Assembly: GCA_050015495.1 (NCBI GenBank)
Contig: JBEKBH010000001.1
Location: forward strand, 28,284-92,283
Direction: 5' to 3'
Length of the DNA: 64,000 nucleotides
Source: Verrucomicrobiia bacterium
GTDB lineage: Bacteria > Verrucomicrobiota > Verrucomicrobiia > Palsa-1439
Every line of letters starts with the position of its first letter. Position 1 is the first letter of the stretch. This document shows, piece by piece, positions 18,411 to 26,902 of the stretch. The notes under the pieces are model-generated. The model made no database searches. It was not told the DNA's origin and saw only the letters and a list, made by a program, of their open reading frames with translations. The position numbers and the translations under genes are program-made.

Positions 18411-19151
18411 TCAGGCAACAGGTGTAGACTCCCTCCATCTCTCTTCAAACAATTTCAACTGAGCGGCAGGATTCGCAATCCGGTTCAACTGCGTGTCCTT
18501 TGTGCCAAGGTCTTTCATCGAGTGACCAACGTGGAACCCATGAGACTTGTCCCACAACACAAAACGGTCATGAATTTGTTGAAAGCCATGCAGGCGCATC
18601 TCGACTTTGCCGTATTCGGCTTTGAATGCACCGTATGCGATGATTGCTGCACTTTTTGTTTGGTCGGAAGTGATAATCCGTACAGATGCCCCGGTTTCCG
18701 CGTCCTGAATCAAATCGAACACCTTTGCGCCGATGTAAGGGTCAAGGATGCAGAGTTCGGCCTTTGCGAGACTGAAAATTTCTCGTAGAATGCGATTGGC
18801 CTTGAAGTGTTCTCCTGCCCTTACGAGAATTTCATCTTTTTGAATATTGGACACACGGATGATGGGCTGACTTTCCCATTCCTGTTGAGCGTGGCTCATT
18901 GATGCGTAAAGCTCCGCTCCATAATCCGTCAATCTGACCATATGCCCGTCTGGTGAAAGACTCAGAACATTTTTATCAATAAGAGATTGGAGTATCTGGT
19001 CTCCGGTTTCGCAATGCAATCTGGCGAGTGCTATTTGAACTTGTACAAGCTCGTGCGGCATCGTCCACGACATGAACTTCATAAAGTAGACACCGACGAC
19101 CCAAAATTCTTTTTTGGAGAGTTCTGCCATAGGCTTTAGACAGTCTCCCAT
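18411..19151 (-). CDS. Island gene B: hypothetical 246-aa protein, N-terminal winged-helix-like region plus C-terminal acidic/His-rich domain of unassigned fold
   Basis: The N-terminal stretch ILQSLIDKNVLSLSPDGHMVRLTDYGAELY resembles a wHTH recognition helix and wing. The C-terminal half has the conserved-looking blocks CILDPYIGAKVFDLIQD, VRIITSD, IHDRFVLWD and GFHVGHSMKDLG. These give only weak PLD- or PIN-like resemblance. Its start overlaps gene A by 16 nt. Confidence 0.5.
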   Translation of the reverse strand: MGDCLKPMAELSKKEFWVVGVYFMKFMSWTMPHELVQVQIALARLHCETGDQILQSLIDKNVLSLSPDGHMVRLTDYGAELYASMSHAQQEWESQPIIRVSNIQKDEILVRAGEHFKANRILREIFSLAKAELCILDPYIGAKVFDLIQDAETGASVRIITSDQTKSAAIIAYGAFKAEYGKVEMRLHGFQQIHDRFVLWDKSHGFHVGHSMKDLGTKDTQLNRIANPAAQLKLFEERWRESTPVA

Positions 19152-19798
19152 CCTGCATCAACGGAGCGCAACTGTCCCCAATGGAACTTGCGCGGAACTG
19201 TGTCGAGAATTGTTGCGATGTAAACAAAAAGATTCTGTTTCGCGATGTCGTCACACCCAACCACATCACAGGCGAAACGTAACGCGGCCCTAAGATTTGT
19301 TTCAGGAGCCTGCAAGTGTCGTTGATTTCCCTTCTTCGCACCCGCCAATATCGCGCAAATGAGCTTAGGTTCTTCGGGTGCTGTCTTGTCGAGAAGTTTA
19401 AGACAAACCTGAGCAAATTCCATTTTGTTTGGCATCCATGGCCCCTTCCATTCGACCCGTATGCGTGGGCAGGTGTGGATAACAAAATCGTGGTTCCCTC
19501 TCTGGCCCCGTAGCACTTCTTGCCTCTCCTTCTGAACATTCTCAAGCCTCAGAGCTTTCCAACTGAATTTGCCAGCAGTTTTTCCTTCCGGTGTCAACAG
19601 GTGCTCCGTCCACATGTCAACCCCATCTTCTTTGAAATGCTTCCAAAGCAGGCACGAAAATTTGTGGTGAAAAAATCGTTCGTTCGCTAAATCCTTAAAC
19701 GAGTCATACCCAACAGTATTCCGATGCGCAGCCGTCACTGCCAGAATCTGCTCAAGGATTGCTTCCCAATCCGATCGATTCAGTTCGTATTGCACCAA
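19136..19798 (-). CDS. Island gene A: hypothetical ~220-aa protein with possible PD-(D/E)xK nuclease motif
   Basis: The likely start is TTG/GTG at rc 19795-19798, 8-9 nt after AGGAG, and the protein begins VQYELNRSDWEAIL. The longer track ORF extends upstream into the tandem-repeat region. The stretch WTEHLL...GNHDFVIHTCPRIRVEWKG gives E...D...ExK spacing compatible with a restriction-endonuclease-like fold. This is speculative. Confidence 0.45.
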   Translation of the reverse strand: MVQYELNRSDWEAILEQILAVTAAHRNTVGYDSFKDLANERFFHHKFSCLLWKHFKEDGVDMWTEHLLTPEGKTAGKFSWKALRLENVQKERQEVLRGQRGNHDFVIHTCPRIRVEWKGPWMPNKMEFAQVCLKLLDKTAPEEPKLICAILAGAKKGNQRHLQAPETNLRAALRFACDVVGCDDIAKQNLFVYIATILDTVPRKFHWGQLRSVDAGWETV

Positions 19799-19891
19799 GC
19801 AGCTTCTCCTTCTGCGCGTACGGATAGGGGTCAGACCTATGATCTTGACACCATCCCCTCCCGCCTCCGCCCGAAGTGCCGTCACCCCCCA

Positions 19892-19970
19892 CTTCGAATT
19901 TCGACATTCGGACTTCGAGTTCTGCCCGCACCCGTGCGCTTCGAATTTCGACATTCCGATTTCGAGTTTC
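19892..19970. repeat. Tandem direct repeat (2 x ~31-nt unit, period ~47 nt) at the right boundary of the low-GC island
   Basis: The first unit is cttcgaatttcgacattcggacttcgagttc at 19892-19922. The second is cttcgaatttcgacattccgatttcgagtttc at 19939-19970. Confidence 0.6.
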
Positions 19971-20056
19971 GCGCCCTTATTCGCCTGCCCTGAGCCTGTC
20001 GAAGGGTGTTGAACATCCGCGCCGATCTGTGCGTGAATCTGTGGCTCCGCCCTCTT

Positions 20057-20093
20057 GAACGTTGAGCGTTTAGCGTTGGACGTTGAGCGTTAA
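20057..20093. repeat. Tandem hexa/heptamer repeat (A/G)CGTTG(A/G) x5-6
   Basis: The sequence is gaACGTTGAGCGTTTAGCGTTGGACGTTGAGCGTTaa. A related three-unit copy, cttagcgttgagcgttgagggcgtttg, lies at 41744-41770 and overlaps the 5' end of the YfhO-like gene. Confidence 0.55.
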
Positions 20094-20113
20094 TCTGTCT
20101 CCCGTTCCCGCCC

Positions 20114-20920
20114 CTACAGCCACCCTGCAATCCGGTCGGCAATGCCCTTCTCGCAGACCGGGCCCAACACCTTGCGGACACGCTCCTTGGCCTGGTCGCG
20201 CGGATACTCGACGTTGTACTTCTCGACCTGCCACTCCTTGCCCTCGAGCTCGTCGAGGATCAGGTATTCCGGATGCCGCTTCGGATTCGTCGGGAAACCG
20301 ACCGACCCCGTGCCGATCCACCCAAGATCGTCCTTTCGCAATCGGACCGGGTGCGGGTCGCGCCCTTCCCCCTCGTGCGCCGTCATCGGCACGAGCATGA
20401 CCGGTTTCTCTTCCTGGGATATCTCCGCCCGCAGCGTGTGTGTGTGGCCGTAGAAACACACCCGCCCGTTGTTGTGCCGCAAACAGGCCAGTTCGCCCTT
20501 GGCGTTCCGCGCGGAGCGGTGATACCCGCCGCTGCTCGGCGCCACCAACGAGTCGTGCGTCAACCAGATCGTCTCATTCACGCACGTCGTCAGGCACGGC
20601 GCGTCGATGAACTCTTTTGCCCACGGGTTGACCTCCATTTGCTCCCACGTCCACGCCAGCGTTTGAACCGCTTCGGGACTGTACCCGGTCTCTTCCACGT
20701 CCCCGCGTAGCGCCAGTTCGTGGTTTCCCGCCACCCAGGCCAGATTGCCGTTGTCCGCCCAGGGTTTCAACCGCGCCATGCACTCCAACGGGTCCGGGCC
20801 GTACCCGACAATATCCCCAACGAACAAATACGCCTCCACGCCGCGGGCCTGCCCGGCCGCCAGCACGGCCTCGAGCGCCAACAGGTTCGCGTGTACGTCT
20901 CCAAATACCAGGAATCTCAT
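20114..20920 (-). CDS. Calcineurin-like metallophosphoesterase
   Basis: The protein begins MRFLVFGDVHANLLALEAVL. The motifs GDIVGYGPDP, GNHE and GHTH match the metallophosphatase motifs GDxHG / GDxxDRG / GNHE / GH. Confidence 0.8.
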   Translation of the reverse strand: MRFLVFGDVHANLLALEAVLAAGQARGVEAYLFVGDIVGYGPDPLECMARLKPWADNGNLAWVAGNHELALRGDVEETGYSPEAVQTLAWTWEQMEVNPWAKEFIDAPCLTTCVNETIWLTHDSLVAPSSGGYHRSARNAKGELACLRHNNGRVCFYGHTHTLRAEISQEEKPVMLVPMTAHEGEGRDPHPVRLRKDDLGWIGTGSVGFPTNPKRHPEYLILDELEGKEWQVEKYNVEYPRDQAKERVRKVLGPVCEKGIADRIAGWL

Positions 20921-20923
20921 CGG

Positions 20924-21745
20924 TCAACCTTCATCCGCTGCGGTTCGACCGTGCTCACCACAGGCCAACAACGCCGCGCCGGCCACGACCACCGTGTCCC
21001 CCAGCGCGGCGCGCACAATCCGATAATTACGCCGATACGGGCCGAATACAAATCGCTCCACCGTCTCGCGCACGGGCCGCAAAAACTTCTCGCCCGCCCG
21101 CGCCACGCCGCCGCCGACGACGACAATGTCGGGATTCAGCAACGTGATCGCGTTGGCGAGGGCCACGCCATAATATTTCGCCGATTCCGCCAGCGTGGTC
21201 TTTCCCTTCTCGATGGACAATCCCGACGACAATTCTTCCAGAATCCGCCACCGGCCGCGCGCGAAGAATCGGGTGTGCCCGATCTCCGTCGCGCCGAATC
21301 GTCCGTTGTGGATCTTCCCGTCAACCACAAACCCGCCCCCGATGCCGGTCCCGACGTTCGAGTACAGCACGGCGCGCCGTCCCCGACCCGCGCCGATCAA
21401 CGCTTCCGCCAGCGTGGCGACGTTGGTATCGTTTTCGATAACGGTCGGCAGCCCGAAGCGCCGCCGAAACCAGCGCCGCAAGGCAAAACCGTCCCAACCG
21501 TTGATGTGATAGGAGCGCACGACTCGGCCATGCGGAGCATCTACCGGGCCACCAAACCCGACCCCGATAGCTGTCACGCGATGCCCGTCGAGCAGCGGGG
21601 CAATCATCCGATCGAGTTGCTTGAGAATCCCGCGTGCGCCGCCACGTCGCACAACCGTAACCCGCGCCAGTTGCGCGATTCGACCTCGCCGGTCGCACAC
21701 ACCGGCTTGCAGCTTCGTCCCGCCGATCTCTACGCCGAGGTACAT
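20924..21745 (-). CDS. ROK-family sugar kinase/regulator (glucokinase-like)
   Basis: The protein begins MYLGVEIGGTKLQAGV. The blocks AIGVGFGGPVD, IENDTNVA and GTGIGGGFVVDGKIHNG are ROK glucokinase signatures. Confidence 0.85.
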   Translation of the reverse strand: MYLGVEIGGTKLQAGVCDRRGRIAQLARVTVVRRGGARGILKQLDRMIAPLLDGHRVTAIGVGFGGPVDAPHGRVVRSYHINGWDGFALRRWFRRRFGLPTVIENDTNVATLAEALIGAGRGRRAVLYSNVGTGIGGGFVVDGKIHNGRFGATEIGHTRFFARGRWRILEELSSGLSIEKGKTTLAESAKYYGVALANAITLLNPDIVVVGGGVARAGEKFLRPVRETVERFVFGPYRRNYRIVRAALGDTVVVAGAALLACGEHGRTAADEG

Positions 21746-21903
21746 GACATGAACTGATCGAGCCTATTTTACGGACGCCCTAGAGGCCAATCCAGAGCTA
21801 ATTCGCGCGAATACGCCCGTAATCAGTCATGTCAGGTATTGCTACCCTGCGGACCCTGCGTGCTCGCAGGCCGGATGCGAATGAGCCGTGCCCGGTCAGC
21901 CAA

Positions 21904-22041
21904 TCACCACGCGGGCGGACCGTCGGTCCCCCACGGAGTGAGGGCGTGGAGAATGACGATCAGCAGCCAACAAACAACCAGCATCCCGATTACGCCGAGG
22001 AACAACCTCGTCGCGATGATTCGTATGCGTCGCATGGTCAT
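21904..22041 (-). CDS. Possible small (45 aa) single-TM protein
   Basis: It is not in the provided track because it is under 60 aa. The translation reads MTMRRIRIIATRLFLGVIGMLVVCWLLIVILHALTPWGTDGPPAW. A GGGAG sequence lies 9 nt upstream. The gene sits just downstream of the ECF-sigma operon. Confidence 0.25.
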   Translation of the reverse strand: MTMRRIRIIATRLFLGVIGMLVVCWLLIVILHALTPWGTDGPPAW

Positions 22042-22083
22042 ACCCGATAACTCCCACAAGACTTCGACACAATTGTGTCCATA

Positions 22084-23424
22084 TCATTCCGCCTTCTTCG
22101 TGATTCGAATGTTGTCACCAACGACCCACCGATAGTTCGCATCCTGATCCAACGGTTTCAGCGCGTAGGAAATCCCCGGTTCCATTTTGCCGTATTCTCC
22201 GGCGGGAATGCGGATGTAACATTCCGAGTTCCAGAAACCCCGCTCGGCCTGAGCCTGAATGTCGCCATGACCATCGGCGGACAAGACAAACTTCTTGCCG
22301 AGGTGTGGATAGATCTCTTTCAAGTCATCGAACGAGACGTTTACATGAACGAGCAGATGGCCGTCGCCTTGAGACTGAGCAGCGTCCCAATGTTCAGGAA
22401 TCGACTGAGGGCGGTCACTGGAAAAGAACCAATAGGCTTTGGTGATCGTGACGTTCTTTTTATCAGTAGCGGTTGGGTTAGAAATCTGGCCGCTGAGCTT
22501 GTCAAAGAGCATCTGTTGCCTCAGCCAGACCCGATGTGTAATGCGTTGACTGGTTCCGGAAGGATACGCGCTCCACGGAACAAGGTTGAATGCATTGCAG
22601 GTGTCGCTGCCGATCGAGCCGTTGTATTCGTATCCGTCCAGCTTCTTGATCTGGTCCTTTAGCTTGGCGAAATCAGACCCGCTGCTGACGACGCCAACGA
22701 GGAATGGATATTCCGAGTCGTCAATCACGTCTTTCTTGAGGGTGATTCCGGCGTTCCGGGCCGCGAGTTGGATGGCATTGATCAGACCTTCCTTGGTGTA
22801 TTTGGCATCCATGTTCGCCGGCGGTTCAACGGGGTTTCCCAAATATTCGAGGAGGGCTTGATTGGGGCCGGACGCCGATGCTGGCTCCTCCGAGGAACCG
22901 CCGGTGCCGTTCTGATCAAGGTAGCTCCATCCTTTATTGCGGAGAACCCTGTTCCCTTGGCCGAAATACACTCCACCGAAATCGCTGCGATTGAAATCAC
23001 TACCTCCGTGGCCCGGGTAGAAGCTGACGTGAAGGTAGCCGTCCTCGGTCATGGTCTGAACCAGGCGGAACGAACCGGTGCCTTTCTTGATCCAGATGCG
23101 TTGTTCCGGGCCAATGGGGGTAGGATTCGGCGAGATGGTGGTCGTATAAAAGGACAGACGAGCTTCATCCTTGGAACTCAGGGTGTAGGTGCCCTCCACG
23201 CAATATGTCCCCCCGGTCGTGATCGTATCACTCGTCCCGCGCACTTGTTGGATCGTGATATTGTCACCGGGGGCAAATTCCGCATCGCCCAGTTCAAACG
23301 GCACCGCATAGGGAAAGCTCTCCAAGGTCCCATCAGTTGCCGCTGTGCCTGCCACCGCGCAGGACATGCTGATGGTAAACAGAGCCGCAAAGGCCCGGGG
23401 CAGGCGTGCACGGTGTGTTTTCAT
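22084..23424 (-). CDS. Hypothetical secreted protein (446 aa), last gene of ECF sigma / anti-sigma operon
   Basis: The start MKTHRARLPRAFAALFTISMSCAVAG is a signal peptide. The start codon overlaps the anti-sigma stop by 4 nt. It has no motif I recognise. Confidence 0.6.
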   Translation of the reverse strand: MKTHRARLPRAFAALFTISMSCAVAGTAATDGTLESFPYAVPFELGDAEFAPGDNITIQQVRGTSDTITTGGTYCVEGTYTLSSKDEARLSFYTTTISPNPTPIGPEQRIWIKKGTGSFRLVQTMTEDGYLHVSFYPGHGGSDFNRSDFGGVYFGQGNRVLRNKGWSYLDQNGTGGSSEEPASASGPNQALLEYLGNPVEPPANMDAKYTKEGLINAIQLAARNAGITLKKDVIDDSEYPFLVGVVSSGSDFAKLKDQIKKLDGYEYNGSIGSDTCNAFNLVPWSAYPSGTSQRITHRVWLRQQMLFDKLSGQISNPTATDKKNVTITKAYWFFSSDRPQSIPEHWDAAQSQGDGHLLVHVNVSFDDLKEIYPHLGKKFVLSADGHGDIQAQAERGFWNSECYIRIPAGEYGKMEPGISYALKPLDQDANYRWVVGDNIRITKKAE

Positions 23425-23999
23425 AGTGGTATCCTCTTTTCTTGTGTCGGCTGGACAGGTGTTTGGCCCCCGGTCCAAAGCGTCTCATTGGCGACCACGG
23501 TCTCGCATGACAGCGTGTCCACCACCAGATTGCCTTCCCGGCGGAACTTGTAGATTGGCGCACAATACGAAATCTGGATGGAAATTGCGGAAGATATATC
23601 ACGGCCATCGGATCGGGCAATTTCCGTTCGATGGGTTCGTACGCCGGGAAAATGGTTGACCAGTAGGAAGCCAACGACTAGCAACAGGCAAACCGCACCA
23701 GCCAGAGGCCACGCAAAACGGTTCCATAAACCAACCAAAGGCTCCCGATCCATGAGCGGGACGGACTTGTGCTCGAGAACCGTCAGGATGCGCCGTCGGA
23801 CATCCGGCCGTAGCGCAAGGGTTTTAGTCCCTTGACGAAGACGCTCGGACAGGGATTGCGCCAGTTGTTGCTCCTGCCGCACGGCTTGCCGACAGATGCC
23901 GCACCGGGCAAGATGCTGGTCCGCCGCAGCCCGCGTCCCGGGGGAAAGCGTTCCCTCCGCATATTCGTACAATCGATTCTGAAAACGTCGGCAGTTCAT
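23421..23999 (-). CDS. Zinc-finger anti-sigma factor (zf-HC2/ChrR-like) with one TM helix
   Basis: The motif HLARCGICRQ is an HxxxCxxC zinc motif. A TM helix is WPLAGAVCLLLVVGFLLV. The gene overlaps the upstream ECF sigma gene by 4 nt. Confidence 0.65.
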   Translation of the reverse strand: MNCRRFQNRLYEYAEGTLSPGTRAAADQHLARCGICRQAVRQEQQLAQSLSERLRQGTKTLALRPDVRRRILTVLEHKSVPLMDREPLVGLWNRFAWPLAGAVCLLLVVGFLLVNHFPGVRTHRTEIARSDGRDISSAISIQISYCAPIYKFRREGNLVVDTLSCETVVANETLWTGGQTPVQPTQEKRIPL

Positions 24000-24589
24000 C
24001 GTGGTTTCATTTCCTCTGTGCCACTCGCCCCGAAAAGGTTCAATTCGCCGGGCAGGAGTTTCTGCATTTCGCCGATGGCGTAGTGGAGCCTCGATTTGAC
24101 GGTTCCCGTGGAGATTCCCAGATGCCTGGCGATTTCGTGGATCTTCATGTCTTCGTAGTAGCGCAGGATAAGCACCTCCCGGTGCGCATCAGAAAGTCGG
24201 CACATGGCCTTCAACAGTGCCGACGTAGCGGCCCCGGCATCCAGTGGGCTCGGGCTTTCGTCCGCCGGAGAAACCTCCCGTCCCACCAACTCGTTGTCGC
24301 AGACGATCCGTTTGCGGTCTCGATGGTAGTGGCGGGTCAGGTTGAGAAGGATGGCGTGGAGCCACGTGTAAATGGTCGAGTCGCCCCGAAAGCGATGAAC
24401 CGATCGCATCGCCTGAAGAAATGTCTCCTGGACGATGTCCTCGGCGTCGGCCTCATTTCCGCAGAGCAAGAAAGCGGACCGAAACAGCCGATCCCCGTAA
24501 GAACTGACCAGTTCCTGCGCGGCTCCGGGGACATGAGCTTTGAGGGCCGTGATGAGACGCTCCTCGTCCATGCTGGTTTGTGCCACCAA
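23996..24589 (-). CDS. RNA polymerase sigma-70 factor, ECF subfamily
   Basis: Region 2 is shown by ETFLQAMRSVHRFRG. Region 4 is shown by SDAHREVLILRYYEDMKIHEIARHLGISTGTVKSRL. Confidence 0.85.
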   Translation of the reverse strand: MVAQTSMDEERLITALKAHVPGAAQELVSSYGDRLFRSAFLLCGNEADAEDIVQETFLQAMRSVHRFRGDSTIYTWLHAILLNLTRHYHRDRKRIVCDNELVGREVSPADESPSPLDAGAATSALLKAMCRLSDAHREVLILRYYEDMKIHEIARHLGISTGTVKSRLHYAIGEMQKLLPGELNLFGASGTEEMKPR

Positions 24590-24651
24590 CAGGAAAAAGG
24601 TTCAAGGAATGAGCGCAACACCACACAGCGCAGTCCGCGTCGAGAAGACAG

Positions 24652-26022
24652 CTAGGACCGGGCTAGCAGCTTCTTCCACCGGCCGATTTGCGCGCGCACA
24701 TTCTTCGGCGAGGGCGCGCCGATGGCCGTGCGGGCCGCGAGGGCGCGCCGCACGTCGAACACGTTTCCGGCTGCCGTGCCGTACTTTTTGGTTGCCAGCT
24801 TCGGCAACGGCGTATGCGTGCGCTCCGATTCCACGACGAGCGCGCCCACCGCGTGGTGCGCCTCACGGAACGGCATCCCGCGTTTCACCAGAAAATCAAC
24901 GAGATCGGTCGCCAGCAACATCGGGTCGCTGGCTGCCGCTTCGCATCGGGCCCGATTCACCTTCGTATGACCGAGCATGTCCGCCATGACCCGCAAGGAC
25001 GCGACCAACGTGTCCACCGAGTCAAACAGCGGTTCCTTGTCCTCTTGCATGTCGCGGTTGTAGGTCAGCGGCAGGCCTTTCATCATCGTCAGCACCGCGA
25101 CGAGATTTCCATAGAGTCGGCCCGTCTTGCCGCGAACCAGTTCCGCGACATCGGGATTCTTCTTCTGCGGCATCAACGACGAACCCGTCGTGTACGCGTC
25201 CCCAATCGTGACGAAACCAAATTCCGCCGTCGACCACAAAATCAGGTCTTCCGCGAGCCGCGAGAGATGCGTCCCGCAAATCGCCGCGTTACTCAAAAAC
25301 GCCACGACGAAATCGCGGTCGCTCACCGCATCCATCGAATTCTCGGTCACCAATGCATGACCAAGTTGCCGCGCGACGTACGCCCGGTCGAGCTTCAACG
25401 TGGTTCCCGCCAGCGCCCCCGAGCCGAGCGGGCAACGGAACAAACTCAGCAACGACCACGCGAAGCGGCTGTGATCGCGCTGGAACATTTCCCCGTACGC
25501 GAGCATGGCATGGCTGAAGACCACGGGTTGTGCCCGCTGCAAGTGTGTGTAACCAGGCATGACAACATCGACGTTGTCTTCCGCCAACGCGACCAGGGAT
25601 TTCTGAAGCCCACGAATGGCCTCCAGCGCGCGCACGACTTCGTCGCGCACCCACAGCCGCAGGTCGGTGGCGACCTGATCATTCCGACTTCGCGCAGTGT
25701 GGAGTTTCTTGCCGGCGGTGCCAATCTTGCGCACCAGCGCGGCTTCGATGTTCATGTGCACGTCTTCGCACGCGGCATCCCACTTGAATTTGCCCGATTC
25801 GATCTCCCGTTCAATCGAACGCAGCCCGCGCTCGATCTTCGTCGCCTCGGCCTTGGTGAGAATGCCGACTTTCGCCAGGCCCTTCGCGTGCGCAATCGAG
25901 CCGGCGATGTCCTGTCGGTAGAGCCGCCAGTCGAAGCTCACGCTCTCGGTGAACGCCTTGACCGATTCCGCAGGGCCGGCCGAGAACCGGCCGCCCCACG
26001 TTCGTTGGGCTGATTTCTTCAT
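24652..26022 (-). CDS. argH: Argininosuccinate lyase ArgH
   Basis: The protein begins MKKSAQRTWGGRFSAGPAESV. The blocks TARSRNDQVATD, GYTHLQRAQP and the fumarate-lyase signature GSSLMPQKKNPD are all present. Confidence 0.95.
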   Translation of the reverse strand: MKKSAQRTWGGRFSAGPAESVKAFTESVSFDWRLYRQDIAGSIAHAKGLAKVGILTKAEATKIERGLRSIEREIESGKFKWDAACEDVHMNIEAALVRKIGTAGKKLHTARSRNDQVATDLRLWVRDEVVRALEAIRGLQKSLVALAEDNVDVVMPGYTHLQRAQPVVFSHAMLAYGEMFQRDHSRFAWSLLSLFRCPLGSGALAGTTLKLDRAYVARQLGHALVTENSMDAVSDRDFVVAFLSNAAICGTHLSRLAEDLILWSTAEFGFVTIGDAYTTGSSLMPQKKNPDVAELVRGKTGRLYGNLVAVLTMMKGLPLTYNRDMQEDKEPLFDSVDTLVASLRVMADMLGHTKVNRARCEAAASDPMLLATDLVDFLVKRGMPFREAHHAVGALVVESERTHTPLPKLATKKYGTAAGNVFDVRRALAARTAIGAPSPKNVRAQIGRWKKLLARS

Positions 26023-26032
26023 CGCTCGATCA

Positions 26033-26797
26033 TCAGTTGTTACCGCGCGGCGGCATCATGCGCTGCATGCTGCCCATCATCATCTCTTGGATGCTGCCGT
26101 ACTTGGTGAAATCGCCCGGCGGATCGAATAGCGCCGCGTCCGGGGCCGACAGCTTGACGTTGCTGAAGTGCGTCGTTATCGTCGCGCCATTGGCCTGCAT
26201 TTCGGTCTTGATCGGGAAATTGTTGAGATCGGTCGCCTGCCACGTGAGCATCTCGTGTTGCGTGCCGTCATCCGCCGTGAACGTGATCTTGTTCTCGATG
26301 CTCGGATGACCGTCCACGATGTCCTTGCCAATCTGGGTGACATCGATCTTGGGTTCCTTTGGTGCCGGTTTGTCGGTCGGCGGAGCCTGCGACGAGCTGA
26401 TTTCCGTGTACGATTTCAACCCCGGATACACGAGGTACATGACCTTCTTGTCGCCACGATAAATGTTCACGGCCCGGTCCATGCCCATCTGTTTCATCTG
26501 GGCGACGGCTTGCGGAGGCATTTGCCTGCCTTTCATGCTCGTCATATCGATCTCAGTGCGCAGGTTGCCCTTGAGGAACGCGTAGGAAGTGTCCATCTCC
26601 ATGGGCGGGCCGTGCTGCGCATCCACAATCGAGATGTTCGCGGTCGCTGTGAACGCCTGGTTGTGGCCGAATATCTTCGCCATGTCCGCGCTGCCGATAT
26701 TCCCCGGCCCGGCGCCGACCATCCGTTGCGCAAACCCCGTCGGGATTGTTAGACACGCTATCACCGCCATCATTGAGTAGACACGCCATGCCTTCAT
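26033..26797 (-). CDS. Hypothetical secreted protein (254 aa, Met/Gln-rich)
   Basis: The start is MKAWRVYSMMAVIACLTIPTGFAQ, with the ATG at rc 26795-26797 after a GGAAG sequence. The longer 493-aa track ORF is an upstream extension. Confidence 0.5.
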   Translation of the reverse strand: MKAWRVYSMMAVIACLTIPTGFAQRMVGAGPGNIGSADMAKIFGHNQAFTATANISIVDAQHGPPMEMDTSYAFLKGNLRTEIDMTSMKGRQMPPQAVAQMKQMGMDRAVNIYRGDKKVMYLVYPGLKSYTEISSSQAPPTDKPAPKEPKIDVTQIGKDIVDGHPSIENKITFTADDGTQHEMLTWQATDLNNFPIKTEMQANGATITTHFSNVKLSAPDAALFDPPGDFTKYGSIQEMMMGSMQRMMPPRGNN

Positions 26798-26902
26798 TGG
26801 TTGTTCTTCCTTTCGCTTGGTGCCGCCGACCGTAGCAAGCCCGGCGCGGCCACAACAACAAAAAAATCGCCGACCACGCCGCGCTTCGCTACAGTATCCC
26901 TC

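Noticed and set aside
19885-19975. tRNA-like T-loop strings (ttcgaatt / ttcgagtt) in the tandem repeat
   Set aside because: No acceptor-stem or anticodon-arm pairing can be built around them. They are part of a direct repeat, not a cloverleaf.
24688-26013. 441-aa plus-strand ORF antisense to argH
   Set aside because: Same reasoning. The composition is Arg/His-rich and low-complexity. The minus strand encodes a canonical argininosuccinate lyase.
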